A stretch of DNA of 64,000 bases from Octopus vulgaris (GCA_951406725.2 OX597831.1:12958001-13022000), one strand, 5' to 3'; shown: positions 13,203 to 27,918, numbered from the stretch's first letter. The notes: generated by a model not told the origin, from the sequence alone. A program made the numbers and translations.

Positions 13203-14033
13203 GCATATATGTGTGTATGTATATATGTATATATACACATACGTATGTGTGTATATATATATATGTATATATACATACAAACCCATTGATGTATTTATTA
13301 TATATGAATGCATGCATATCCGTATGTATGTATGTATGTAAGTATGTGTATGTGTGTGTGAGTTCCTGCGGGCTTTCGTGCGTACATGTGTATGTGTGTG
13401 CGTGTGTGCGTGCGTGCGTGCTTGCGTGAGCACGTGCGCGTGTTGCGTGTTACTGCTATCAAGATCTTTGAGTCATCATTCACAGTTGCTATCGAAACGT
13501 GTCTGCAGTTGATAGAGTTGTTGTTGTTGTTGTTGGTGGTGGTGATGCATGTTATGGAATCTCCTTATACAATACTTAATTTCAACTGAATAAAATCTAC
13601 CTTTCCCGCTCTACATAGATCATTAATTACCTCTTATGTCTGAAGGGCAAAAAATACATAAATAAATAAAACAAAGAAACAAAAACAAATAAAAGAAATT
13701 AACAAATAAACTAAGAAATTAATGAATAAATAGAAGGGGAAACAACTACGTTAGCTTGTTGCCGGAAGGTTCGGCAAAAAGGGAAAACGTAATACTATAC
13801 CGCAGTTAATGACATAAAATTAAAATTTCTTGAAAATTGTACATATAGTTTTGGTGTAATTGGTTTAGGGAGTGACAATACAGAATAAATCGAGCATCGG
13901 AATAAATGTGGTTCGGTGTTTTTATTTTTTTCTATTTATTTACCTTTTGTTGTCTTTCTGTTTTGATTTCAAGTCTTATCTCGCGACGATCAACTGTTTT
14001 TTCCTCTCATTCTACCCGTTGCTCGACTAAACT

Positions 14034-14410
14034 ATCATCATCATCATCATCATTGTTCGACCGTGGTTGAGACAATGGAATTTACCATGCTACGCCAGAC
14101 TTCACGGTCCATCATGGCATTACGGAGGTCCTGTTGCTGGATGCCTGTATCCCTGGAGATTACATCAGGGTAGGAGAGTATGCGCCCTCTGGTATTGCGA
14201 GTAGACGGCTTCCAGAGGAGAAGAGTAGAAATTACCTCTTTTTCAGCTCTACAACAACGTCCAGCAAACTGAACTCTCCTACCTTTCACAAGAGATGACA
14301 CAGGTGGTAGTTTCCCATATATTTGCATTTTGGTTGGATAGCGCCTCCACGAGAGATTTTGAGCTCTCATGAGGCGAGTGTAGGTTCCATCCAACCGCCT
14401 CTCAAGCTTC
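14034..14410 (-). mobile_element. 5'-truncated RTE-like LINE, C-terminal ORF end with (TGA)n tail
   Basis: ORF 14050-14394: RRVQFAGRCCR...LLLWKP...RGR...MMDREVWR; trinucleotide tail follows the stop. Confidence 0.8.
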
Positions 14411-15030
14411 TATTCTCCTGCCTATATTCTTCTAACTATTCTTACTCTTTATTCTTCTATATTGCTACTTTATTCTTCTGTTTTATTCCTTATAAACTGT
14501 GAATTTTATTCCTTGTGTACTGTAAATTTTCCCCATCTAAAATATTCACACGTTGTCTCTGACAGACATTGCAAACTAACCTTTTCAGTTATCTCAGAAA
14601 CAGCTGTAAAGCTTCAAATTCACCTTCCCTTAATTAGATTATTCTAAATGACTTCAGATACTCGTTCAGCTTTCGTTTTGATTTTCCCTCTAATATAATA
14701 TAATATAACATAATATAATATATGGTGGTGGTCGTCTACTCCTTATGCAGAGTCTGACCACCTCCTGTACCTACACCTTAGATCTATCATGGCATCTTCT
14801 TAGACTAGGCAATGTATTGAAAAGACACCCACACAGATTGCATATCCGATTTGGACCGCCAAGAGCTGCAGTTAATTTCTGATACACACACAGACAGACA
14901 CACATACACACACGTGCCTACCTACCTACCTACCTACCTATCTACCTATCCAACATACCTACCTACCTATCTATCTACCTACCTATCCAACATACCTACC
15001 TACCTACCTACCTACCTACCTACCTACCTA

Positions 15031-15105
<75 letters not shown>

Positions 15106-15119
15106 GCCTGCCTGCCTGC

Positions 15120-15158
<39 letters not shown>

Positions 15159-16030
15159 ATAACAACTGCACCCTGAAGTGAGGAGTTCCAAGACTTTGAG
15201 AAGACGTGCGCTTTTGGCTCTTTAGCCTTCCTCATTTGGGATGTACCTAAAGTTCCTTTATTCTCCATCACTAGTTGGAGCGGATGCAACTAGTTTTATT
15301 CCGACCAGGCGGTCGACTATCATAATTCAGTCACTGATGTTGAGAGTATTTTAGTCAAAATCGGTTGTCAAGCGATGGTGGGCGGGGGAGGGGGAAACAA
15401 ACAAAAGCACACCCGCACATAATTATGCACGACGGGTTTCTTTCAGTTTCCGTCTACCAAATCCACCCACAAGCTACAGAAGAAGACGCTTGAATCTTCC
15501 GTCTACCACATCCATTCGCACGGCATTGGTCGTCCCGGGGATAGAATAGAAGATACTAGCCCAATATGCCGCCCTGTGAGGCTCAACACATGAGACCACA
15601 TGATGGCTGCATGGTTGGAAAGTAAGCTTCCTATCCTCTCAACCACACATGCATTGTAATGTTTCACAACTTCCCTTTTAGCTATTCCCTTTGCCCTCTC
15701 AGAAACAGAGCTTTTCTTCATTCGGAAATAGCCTCCGTTAATCCATTTCTTGTCTATGCTATCACTGCGCTATGATTAACGCAGAAAGTTCGCCTATTAC
15801 TTGACTGGACTGCCTACATTGACAACAACCGTTCACCTATCTGGCCATAAATTCATCAATACTTTCCTTTCTTTCAAATGCGTTCTGTTGTTACATTTTA
15901 TTGAATTAAAGCTGTTATTAATCGTACAGGAACATGCAGAGAGAGGGAGGGCAGAAAAGACAATTGTTCGTAAAGCATTATCTCCCTTTACAACACCTCT
16001 TCTTCTTATCTCACTCTCACTGTCTAATTA

Positions 16031-16400
<370 letters not shown>

Positions 16401-16983
16401 CTGTCTGTCTGTCTGAAGATATACGAAGTCAGATCGGCTAATTGTGTCCGAGAGTGCTTCCATTCGTAGAACAAGATTCTCTAATTTATTACGGCAGAGA
16501 TTGCTAGAGCAGTGACATACGAATGCACACGTCTGCACCAATGCAACTGTCAAACTATCGTTAAGCGTCTTGGCATGGAACTCTTGAAACATACATCATT
16601 CCTTCGGCAACTTCAACTAGAAGAAAAGAAGTTATATTCATATATTCATATGTGTGGCCGTGTGTGTGAGTGCACGTGTGTGTATGTCTGTATATATATA
16701 AATAGTGAGAGAGAGAGAGAGAGAGGGGGAGGAGAGACAGAGAGAGACAGTGGGGAAAAAACTAATATACCTATGACTGTATACATGTAAGCATACATAC
16801 ATATATATATATTCATATATATATATACACACATACATGTAGGTGTGTGTGAATATACACACACACACACATATATGTGCGTGTGTGTGTGCATATATAT
16901 ATATATATATACATATGTGTGTGTGCATGTGTGTATACATGTATATATGTGTGTGTGTATATATGTATATATATATATATATC

Positions 16984-17067
<84 letters not shown>

Positions 17068-17464
17068 CTGAGAAAGAAAGAGAGAAGAAAAGAAAAACGA
17101 TATTGAAAGAATCTGTGTATGATGGAGACGAATAGCAGAGATGGCATTTTTATTTACAATCACTTATGTTTTTCTTAGGAAAATATATATTTCACACATA
17201 CACACACATCCACTCGTACGCACACACATACACCCAACACACATACATTCACATACACACACACACGCACGCCCACACACTTTAAGTAATGCTCTCATTC
17301 ATTGCGACTGCACTTATGATGCAACACGTGCATACACATCCCCTCCACACACACACAATCTATACCTATGTACGTATATTTGTATGCACACACACACACA
17401 TGTATATACATGTATGTATATATCTAAGTACACACGTGTTTATATCTATCTATCTATCTATCTA

Positions 17465-17507
<43 letters not shown>

Positions 17508-17520
17508 ATCTATCTTTACC

Positions 17521-17560
<40 letters not shown>

Positions 17561-17580
17561 ACTCTATCTATCTATCTGTG

Positions 17581-17669
<89 letters not shown>

Positions 17670-17672
17670 GTG

Positions 17673-17787
<115 letters not shown>

Positions 17788-18002
17788 GGGATCTATCTAT
17801 CTATCTTATCGGTATCTATCTATCTAGTATCTATCTATTCCTAGAAATCCATCGAGCGTGACACTTTGTAATCAAATTTTCCACATGACTGATTTTTCTA
17901 CGATTTTATTTCTTTTGCCTTTTTATTTTATTATTTTTTCATAGGCCCAGTTTCTGTCAGAAATTTTGTGTAGCTCACGTAACACCCATAAACAAACATA
18001 AG

Positions 18003-18044
<42 letters not shown>

Positions 18045-18715
18045 AGACGCACACACGCACACATTGGTCACATGAGCATGTATTTCTGCACAGTTATTCC
18101 TATCGCATTCAAATGCAACATGAAACCTATGTGGAAATTCCTAAACGGTCGCTCAGCATTTGCCATTCATTCGACGCCGGCCGTGCTGGGGCCACGCCCT
18201 TGAAGGGTCCAGTCGAAGAAACTGATCCCAGTACGTATTTTTTTTTTACCCAATTCTGGTAATTATTCTATCGGTGTCTCTGGCCGAACCGCTAGGTTAC
18301 AGGGAAGTAAATGAAACAGTACTGATTATCATGTGGTGACGCGGGAAAGATACAAATACACACACACACGCACGCGCGCGCAGATATATGTGACGGGCTT
18401 CTTTCAGTCTCCGTCTGACAAACCCGATCACAGGGCTTAGGTGTGCCCGAGCAAATAGTACGACACACTTGCCTAAGACAACGTGCAGTGGGATTGAACC
18501 TGAAACCATGTGGCTGGGAAGTAAACCTCCTAACCACACAGCCAAGTCGGCAATGCGATTTACTAGAAATGATAGCCAAATTGACACTCTTCCCGTTTAT
18601 GATTATAAAGTTTAAGTCGAAATTTATCTAAAAGAACCGGTATTGATGTTTTGGTAAAAGAAAATCGAGAAACTATTTTAAGAATCATAATCACCGTATT
18701 TCTAAATGTAATACT

Positions 18716-18747
<32 letters not shown>

Positions 18748-18751
18748 TATA

Positions 18752-18796
<45 letters not shown>

Positions 18797-18798
<2 letters not shown>

Positions 18799-19587
18799 TG
18801 GGAACTGCTCATATCCTACGCAAAATACTTTCTATGTAATCTCAGGGTTTAAAACAAACATAATTTTCGTTTTTTTTTTTAACACCAAAAAAAAAAAAAT
18901 ATATATATATATATATGGCACACTAGGCATAACAACAACATGAACTTCCAACCTGTTGTCTCTTGAGGTCTCTGGGTGAGACTTGGAGCCAACTTGTACA
19001 AATATAAAGCAAAAGTCAAACATAGAATAATAATAATAAATGCCCTGATTCAGTACCAGGCAGTGGCTCTCATGGCTTCTGATCTTTACTGATTGGAAAA
19101 GTGTTATCGTGATCGTTGTTTTGTCTTGGTATAGAAGATGGGCTACAGCAAATATTCTGCTCAATGCCACAGATTTACTTGTCAGTTGTTTGACCATAAC
19201 CAGCTGAGTATGTCCCTTGGTGACTGATGATATGTGCATCTCTGATCACGAGCAGAAGTAGTGGGGGAACATCATAGCCATGTGTTCTTTGGGGTTTGGA
19301 TAATTCGCCTTTGGAAACATAAGCGGTTCGTTCATCATCCTTAAAACAAACATTATTCAGGAACCTTTTGACTGGGATGGGCTACTCGACCTGAAGAAAA
19401 TTCTAACTGTGTCCCACCCGCAACATCATGTACTGTTTACCCTGATATGAGCTCACGATGTCGTGCACATGATTGTGATGCATGTGCCTGGTGTCTCCTT
19501 ATCAGGCGGGTAGTCATGATTGGTATATTGGGTTTCGTATATTTGTACCCCAGTGTCACTTCGATGGCATGCACTGCTCTTTCACTC
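18797..19587 (+). mobile_element. 3' end of RLE-type (R4/Dong-like) LINE in a TAA microsatellite
   Basis: Terminal peptide MGTAHILRKILSM* (18798-18839), long 3'UTR, (AAT)n downstream and (TAT)n upstream; UTR fragment inverted at about 23195-23275. Confidence 0.6.
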
Positions 19588-19615
19588 AATAATAATAATA
19601 ATAATAATAATAATG

Positions 19616-19672
<57 letters not shown>

Positions 19673-19674
<2 letters not shown>

Positions 19675-19885
19675 TCTTTCTACTGGAAGCACAAGGCCTC
19701 AAATTTAAGGGAAGGGATTAAGTCAATTACATCGACCCCAGTGCATAACCGGTACTTATTTAATCGGCCCCTAAAGGATGAAAGGCAAAATCGATCTTCG
19801 CAGAATTTGAACTTGGAACGAAGTGGCAGGCGAAATTCCGCTAAGCATTTCGCCCGGCGTGATAACGATTCTGCCAGCTCACCGC
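19673..19885 (-). mobile_element. SINE family A
   Basis: Core and head on minus strand. Confidence 0.75.
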
Positions 19886-20058
19886 ATTAACAACAACAAC
19901 AATCAGAAGAAGAAGTGTAGTTAAAAATGCTTGTGAGGATGTTGGGAATATATGGTATTTCAAACACACACACATGCACGCAGAACTCACATACGCATAC
20001 ACTGAAACACATGCACACGCAAACACACAAGCACATACATGCACACACACACACAACT

Positions 20059-20099
<41 letters not shown>

Positions 20100-20226
20100 G
20101 GCACACGCACATACAGACTCACTCGCATACATACACACATATAGGTATACACACGCACGCGCGTCATCAGCACGTACGCTCACTCACACATACGTTTGAC
20201 TCCTTGTTTCACATACGTTAACTAGT

Positions 20227-20324
<98 letters not shown>

Positions 20325-20414
20325 GTAGATATATGATTCAAAATGTGACCGCGTGTGTACCGTTGGCGATTTTTTTCCTCTGTCTTCCCTTCTCTGGACC
20401 TTTCCGTCTTCTAT

Positions 20415-20449
20415 GTTTCCGACGAAGAGCTCCGCTCAAAACGTTAAAC
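20415..20449 (+). ncRNA. Degenerate minimal hammerhead-like motif
   Basis: GTTT-CCGACGA-AGAGC tcc GCTC-AAAA-CG-TT-AAAC; core substitutions. Confidence 0.4.
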
Positions 20450-20667
20450 CCTCCTTCGTTCCTTCTTTCCTGAGCGTCCAATAATACTATATTTGTTTCA
20501 CGTCCTCGCATTGTTGTGTTTTTTTGTGCTTTCTTGTTTGGATTAACTATATGTAGATATATATAGGGAGAGTTTACGAAAAAAACCCCAAAAAAACAAA
20601 AGAAGAAAACAGGTGGTGTACAAAACAAACAGATATATTAATATAACACTCAGGAATAGAAAAAAGT

Positions 20668-20703
20668 CTTTTACGTTTCGAGCCTACGCTCTTCTACAGA
20701 AAG
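20668..20703 (-). ncRNA. Minimal hammerhead-like motif
   Basis: CTTT-CTGTAGA-AGAGC gtag GCTC-GAAA-CG-TA-AAAG; stems I and II pair; A6U core variant. Confidence 0.5.
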
Positions 20704-20743
20704 GGACACAGAAAAAACAAGGAGAGAAACAAGGAGAGAAAAA

Positions 20744-20818
<75 letters not shown>

Positions 20819-20858
20819 CACCCATACACACACACCCATACACACACATACATATAAC

Positions 20859-21068
20859 ACGATGGAGTGCTAAAAAGTTCCTGGATTTAAGGGTCTCGCG
20901 AAAAGCCTGCTTGGAGGCCCAAACTTCCGAGTTCTTTTACAGGGCTTAGAAAAACTGTGGGACCACTGCAATAATTGTGTGAATTTGAGAGAAGAATATG
21001 CTGAATAAAATCATAATTAAATGAATCTCTTCAGCTTTCTTTTACCCAAAGACAAGAAATACCCTCGT
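20859..21068 (+). mobile_element. Mariner-derived MITE
   Basis: Decayed TIRs (ACGATGGAGTGCTAAAAAGTTCCTGG ... CCCTCGT); internal EFFYRGLEKLWDHCNNCVNLREEYAE* resembles mariner C-terminus. Confidence 0.65.
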
Positions 21069-21330
21069 TTATTACATATATACTTATATATTATATGTAT
21101 GTCTGCGTGTGTGTGTGCGTATGTGTGTAGTAAAAATAATAATAACAAAATTGCGAAAATAATTCGACATGTCTTCACTCAAAGAAATATTAATAGAATG
21201 AACACCAAGAAACATGCGAATAGTCTTTGACAGAATGGTGATTCCTTATCATAACAATAAGCAGAGAATGAATATCGTTCATCTGTGTTCGTTTAAACAT
21301 TAACTGTGTCAATCTCTCGTTCTCGTTCCC

Positions 21331-21385
<55 letters not shown>

Positions 21386-21536
21386 CCTCTCTCTCTCTCT
21401 CGCTGTAATACTGTATCTTCTCAGATTCAGCTGCCATCAGAAATGTCCCAGTTGGTGGAAAGCTTACTGATAATAATAAATGCGTTATTTTTGTACATTT
21501 CCATCACATTTTAAGAGTGCATGGCAGTTACTGTTG

Positions 21537-21586
<50 letters not shown>

Positions 21587-21588
<2 letters not shown>

Positions 21589-21819
21589 CTATTTCTTTAC
21601 TACCCACAAGGGGCTAAACACAGAGGGGACAAACAAGGACAGACATAGGTATTAAGTCGATTACATCGACCCCAGTGCGTAACTGGTACTTAATTTATCG
21701 ACCCCGAAAGGATGAAAGGCAAAGTCGACCTCGGCGGAATTTGAACTCAGAACGTAACGGCAGATGAAATACCGCTAGGCATTTGGACCGGCGTGCTAAC
21801 GGTTCTGCCAGGTCACCGT
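21587..21819 (-). mobile_element. SINE family A, long-3' variant with (GTA)n tail and TSD
   Basis: ATGGCAGTTACTGTTGCT duplicated at about 21521 and 21823. Confidence 0.85.
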
Positions 21820-21925
21820 CTTATGGCAGTTACTGTTGCTGCTACTACTACTACCACTACCTCCATCACAATCACCACCACCACCACCACCACCACCACC
21901 TCAACCTTCACTGCTAACTGCTAAA

Positions 21926-21961
<36 letters not shown>

Positions 21962-22346
21962 AATAGCCACCACCACTACTACTACAATACTTGTTTTCAA
22001 ACATCGCCGTGATCATCGTAACTGAAGTCGTCGCTGTCATCATCATCATCATCATCACTGGTAGACAGAAACTGAAAGAAGCCCATCGTATGTGTGTGTG
22101 TGTGTGTGTGCCTTTGTTTGTCCCCACTACGGCTTGACAACCGGCGTTGGTTTGTTTACGTCATTGGGTAATTTGCTTCGATGATTCTATCAGTATGTTA
22201 AATCCTAAAGAATGGCCAATCTCAGAGACTGATTAGAGAAGTTGTTGTTATGATTATTATGTAATCGACTAGCCCTCCCACCCCTAAAATTTTGTGCCTT
22301 GTGCCTATGGTAGAAAGGATTATTATTATTATTATTATTATTATTA

Positions 22347-22560
22347 AGGTGGTGAGCTGGGAGAGTCGTTTCCACGCCGGCAAAATACTTAGCAGTATTT
22401 CGCCTGTGTTTGTATTCGGAGTTCAAATTCCGCCGAGGTCTACTTTGCCTTCATCCTTTCGGGGTCGATAAATTAAGTACCAGTGAAACACTAGAGTTGG
22501 TGTAATCGACTTATCCCTTCCTCCAAAATGGCTGCCCTTGTGACAAAAATTTGAAATAAT
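22347..22560 (+). mobile_element. SINE family A
   Basis: Head, B box and core; another copy at 23307-23520. Confidence 0.75.
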
Positions 22561-23127
22561 AATAATAATAATTGGTTTCGTTGTTGTTGTTATTACTGTT
22601 GTTGGTTCCTTGTACTAACAAGACGTACTCGAATGCTGTACATAAGTTTGCTGTATTGTCTGTATATCTAGAGCGGATTTTATTGTTATTATTCGATGGC
22701 CTATTTGGTTCCTTTTTTACTTGTCTCTTTGATGTTTAAACTTTGAAGTAATTTTGAACATTTTTGTTTTCGGAAAACAATTGAAAAAGCTGGCGGCACC
22801 TTAAACAGCTTTGCCAGTTTGAGCACCGACGAAAATAGCAACGGATCTCTTATGACACCAACGATAGCAAGGCGCACCACCAAAAACCACTCAAAAGGTC
22901 ACCCAGTTTTGTTCCCTCCTACGGTTACTGAAATACAGACAGAAATACTGCAGGATGTGCCTTTCCCTCCCAAAGGCATTTCCTGGTCTCTAACTCGGAG
23001 ACTGTGTTACACTCATAAAGTGTTTGGGATACGGTAGCTATGGCGACGACGACGACAATGACGACGACGACGACCACCACCACTACTGCTTCTAGTCCTA
23101 CTGCTGTGCCTCCTGCTGCTGCTGCTG

Positions 23128-23179
<52 letters not shown>

Positions 23180-23920
23180 ATTAGTATTTATACACCAAGG
23201 CAAAACAATGTAAATGATAACACCTCCAATCAGTTAAGATCAGAAGCCACGAGAGCCACTGCCTGGTACTGCATCATCATCATTATGACTATTATCATTA
23301 TTATCAAGGCGGCGAGATGGCAGAATCGTTAAGAAGCCGGGCGAAAATGCTTAGCGGTTCTGTGTCTGCCGCCACGTTCTGGGTTCAAATTCCGCCGAGA
23401 TCGACTTTACCTTTCATCCTTTCAGGGTCGATAAATTAAGTACGAATTGAACAGTGGGGTCGATGTAATCGACTCATCCCCTCCCCCGGAATTGATGCTA
23501 TTGTGAAAAAATTTGAAATAATAATAATTATTATAATCGTTTTCTTCACCAAATATTGAAATCTATTCCGAAAGGTCGTCAGTTTCTGACGGCAGAAGAC
23601 TTCAAAGAATATTCCCTGCAAGAACTGTGCACTTTTTTAGGAAGTGCTTTCCAAGATGTGTCTTAAAACTGAGAGAAATATTTGAAAAAATGTCGAAAGA
23701 AAAAAAAAAGAGAAATAAACAAACACAAGTAAAAAAAAAAGAACATGAAAAGTAAAAAGGAAAACAACGTTAGGAATGGTGAATCAGCTGTGGGGGTCGG
23801 GGCTGTTTTGAAGGCGACAAGTCTGATTAAAATATAAGGAAAGCAATAAATTTGCTGTTTTTAAAGTTCTGTTTATTTTGGACTCAACGCGTATTTGGAT
23901 AATTTTTCTAAAATGTCGGA

Positions 23921-24026
<106 letters not shown>

Positions 24027-24634
24027 AGTTATTTTGAAATCGTAAAAAACATGAAGAAAAATTCGAAATCGTGAGAGACAGTTGGATGGAGTAAGTGGGA
24101 ACAGAACGGAGGGAAAATTAAATAGATATATGAATGGATAAATAAAAGACAAATGGCTACCAAGAAAGTGTGAGAGAGAGAACGACAGAGAAAAAGAGAG
24201 AGAAAGAAAGTGAGACAGAACGAAAGAGAGAGAGAGGAGGAGGCAGGTAGAGTAATCAGACAATACGCTGTATCAAGAGACCAAATGTAAAGAGCAGACG
24301 ACAATGTCACGTGAGCCAACATTCAATAAAAAAAAATGAGACGTTATTTTGTTTGTCTCATAATTTTCAGGTATGTCTGCGTTGTAATTTCATTTTCAAA
24401 CATTTTAAGAAAGGAAATGAAAGGAAAAAAATGTAAAAATAAAGGAAAAAGAAGATAAATTCTGGTCTATTTTTGACAGATAAACTTAGTGACCTCATGG
24501 AACAGGTGTATATGAGTATGAGGTTTCTTTAGCATTTATTTCAGTTATTTTATTTGGACGATTCAAGATGGCCACGAACCAAGTTGTGAAGCTCGGTTTT
24601 TTCTAGTTAAGACAAGAGTTGATGAGTGTGTGTG

Positions 24635-24684
<50 letters not shown>

Positions 24685-24699
24685 TGTGTATACGTATAT

Positions 24700-24878
24700 A
24701 TTCTTTTATATGTTTTAGTCATTTGACTGCGGTCATACTGGAGCACCGCTTTAGTCGAGCAAATATCGACCCCAGGACTTGTTCTTTTTAAGGCTAATAC
24801 TTATTCTATCGGTCTCCTTTGCCGAACTGCTAAGATACACACCAGTATCGGTTGTCAAGTGATGTTGGGGGGACGAAC

Positions 24879-24917
<39 letters not shown>

Positions 24918-25057
24918 GACGGGCTTCTTTCAGTTTCTGTTTACCAAATCCGAGGCTATAGTAGAAGACACATGTTCAAGGTGCCACGCAGTGGGACTGA
25001 ACCCGGAACCATGTGATTGGTAAGCAAGCTACTTACCACACATCCACTCCTGCGCCT
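24700..25057 (-). mobile_element. SINE family B
   Basis: Full head-to-tail similarity with small deletions. Confidence 0.8.
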
Positions 25058-25119
25058 ATATACATCCATACATAGATAAAACTTACTTGGAAAAGGATGC
25101 GTGGCGTTCGAAGACAGAC

Positions 25120-25158
<39 letters not shown>

Positions 25159-25502
25159 GATAAATGAGTAACGGAAAGGTACAGGTGTATAAGGTTGACA
25201 CCTGTACCTTTCTGTTACTCAATTATATTTTAATCACCTATTTCGGAATCTACCCTTCGTAAATATTATGGACAATATGTTTAATATAAAGTCCATGTCT
25301 GAATAGCTCAAGAGCGGACTTCTTCACTCAGCTGGGTTTAACTGTCCGCATAGACTGCAAGAATATCATTCGGCCGGTACTTATGTACTAAGTTTTATAT
25401 TTACTTAATATTGTTGTGTGTGTATATTCTCTCGACCTTGCGAGGGGACCTCAGTTTTAGAACCTAATTCAACTGAATCTTTCTTACACACACACACACA
25501 CA

Positions 25503-25550
<48 letters not shown>

Positions 25551-26216
25551 CATATGCATGTTTGTGCTCACGGATAACTTTATGCACATGCATTTCATGT
25601 GAATATGTGGATGTGTGCCTATGTCTGGCCCAAGAAATTCACTTGAGTGGAGGGGATCCCTGGAGCATTCTATATATATTTCGTGTTTAATACATATCTA
25701 TGTAACTCTGTGTGTGTGTATGTTTGTGTGTATGTATGTATGTATGTATGTATGTATGTATGTATGTATGTATGTATGTATGTATGTATGTATGTATGCA
25801 TGCATGTATGTATGCATGCATGCATGCATGCATGTATGTATGTATGTATGTATGTATGTGTGTATGTATGTGTGTGTGTAGGTGTATGTATGTGCTTGTG
25901 TGTGTTGTGTGTGTTGTATTTATCTGCATGTTATTTAGTTTTATTCTTAGATCGCTTGCCAATGGTGTAAGAGCCGGTTTCTAACCTTGACCCAAGGCTC
26001 CTTCATTGGAATTTCAACAACATCAACGGGCTATTTGTGTATGCGTGTGTGTTTATATGTGCAAATATTTGGAGTCAGTACATGTGCTGATAGGTATGTT
26101 CTGTTTTACATAAAGCTGCATATCTAAACTTGTGCATATGTATCAGGTTTTAACGAAAGTTCTGTCCGTTTTTCTAATTAAAATAAAAATGAAAATGCAG
26201 TCAAAAATAGATTTAT

Positions 26217-27575
26217 TTAATCACCAACAGAGTAACCATTCTTTTCAATGACATCTTCCCATCTTTCCGTAAGCTTTTTGATACACTTTTCATAAAATTC
26301 ATTTGCTTTGATTAAAAAAAGAAAGAAAGAAGAAACTAGCTTCATTTTAAGCTCTTGTCTTGAAGTAAGCCAAAGTCCTGCAAAATGATTCTGTAAGCTT
26401 CCAAAAAGATGGTAATCTGTTAGAGCAAGGTCAAGAGTATATGGTGGGTGAAGCATAATTTCCCAGCCAAATTCTTCTGGGAGATTCTTAGTCACTCTTG
26501 CATTGCGGTGTCTGGCATTATCGTGCTGCGGGATCACTCCTGTTCTAATTGTCAGCGAGAGCCGTTTTCCATGCAAAACTGTTTTTAAACGTCTTAGCTG
26601 CAAGCAGTAAATTTCAGCTGTTATTCTTTGATTGTCCCCTAACAGTTCATTATAACAATTCCCCTCAAGTCCCTCCATACACCCAAAAGAATCTTCTTTG
26701 GATGCAGACCACTTCGAGGCAGTTGGATAGGCTTTGAATTACGGTCGAGTCACTGTCTTTTGCGCTTAACATTATTGTAGAGAATCCATTTCTCATCTCC
26801 AGTAATGATTCTGTCTAAAAAAAGGTGTTTGAAGTTCGCGAGAATGCAATGAGAGACAGCAGTCCACACGTTGTTTGCAATTGTTTTCTGACAAATCATG
26901 TGGAACCCATCTTCCAGCCTTGGAGACTTTACTAAGCCTTATTATTTCAAGATTGATGGTAATATGGCTCAAATTAAACTCCTTGCTCAGTTCCTTAGTT
27001 GTAATGGATGCATTTTCAACAACAGCAGCTTGCGGAGGCGCAATAGTCCAGTGGTTAGGGCAGCGGACTCGCGGTCGGAGGATCGTGGTTTCGATTCCCA
27101 GACCGGGCGTTGTGTGTGTTTATTGAGCGAAAACACCTAAAGCTCCACGATGCTACGACAGGGGTTGGTGGCGACCCCTGTTGTATTCTTTCGCTCCAAA
27201 TTTCTCTCACTCTTTCTTCCTGTTTCTTGTCCCCGACTTCCTACGCAACCGCTGAGCTTGGATGCGAATAGCAAAGGACCACGTTTCGGACTTCTCTCAC
27301 TACAGAAGACCGCTTCGCTCAACATCACCATCATCAACATCAACAGTAGCTTGCAATTCTTTGGGGCGTCCTTTTCTTGCTTCGTCTTTTAGATCGAAGT
27401 CATCCCTTTTGAATCTTAAAACCCGTCTTCTGCATCTCCTTTCATTCACCACATCATTTCCATAAGTGTTTTTGTGTGATCTTACTGCTGGACTTGCTGT
27501 GTTGCCCCACTTCTGGAATTCAAGCAGTAAAACATTCTGTATCTGTTCTTTACTTGGAGTTTTCATTTCGGTCAT
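26217..27575 (-). pseudogene. Mariner transposase pseudogene (frameshifted, SINE-interrupted)
   Basis: HTH region RFKRDDFDLKDEARKGRP, WVPH, ITGDEKWILYNN, HDNAR, HPPYTLDLALTDYHLF, IKKLTERWEDVIEKNGY. Confidence 0.9.
27033..27322 (+). mobile_element. SINE family C variant nested in mariner
   Basis: Matches 3730-4087; flanking duplication CAACAG(C/T)AGCTTGC. Confidence 0.85.
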
Positions 27576-27702
27576 CTGAAGGAAGAAATAATATTTTAGG
27601 GATTTAAATAGCTAGATTCAGAAGCTTGGTCTAATCATGTCTTATAATCCCTCAAAAAAAAAAAAAAAAAAAAACAGACAGGACTTTCTTTACCACCTGA
27701 TG

Positions 27703-27918
27703 CTTATAGCTAAACTTTAGGAAAGTTTTTCATATTTTGACAGTTCCATTGATGGTTTGTATCTGTAGTTTTATAACTAGCTTTCTCCTTTCTGGTTTTG
27801 AGGACCTGAATTTCTCAAGATTGGTGCTGAGGCCGTCTGTTACGTATCCTAATGTCCCAGTAATTACAGATATAAATCTTAATATGAAATGCAGGTGGAG
27901 TAGCTGTAAATTTCTCAA
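27703..27918 (-). mobile_element. RLE-type LINE fragment (ORF C-terminus), continuing at 25960-26140
   Basis: RNLQLLH...FISVITGTLGYV...ERRKL...GTVKI matches ORFs at 49208 and 55877. Confidence 0.75.

Larger units (their letters stand above)
26143..27700 (-). mobile_element. Full-length decayed mariner (DD34D) transposon
   Basis: TIRs TCAGGTTTTAACGAAAGTTCTGTCCGTTTT / AAAACAGACAGGACTTTCTTTACCACCTGA, TA at left flank; about 1.27 kb after removing nested SINE. Confidence 0.9.
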
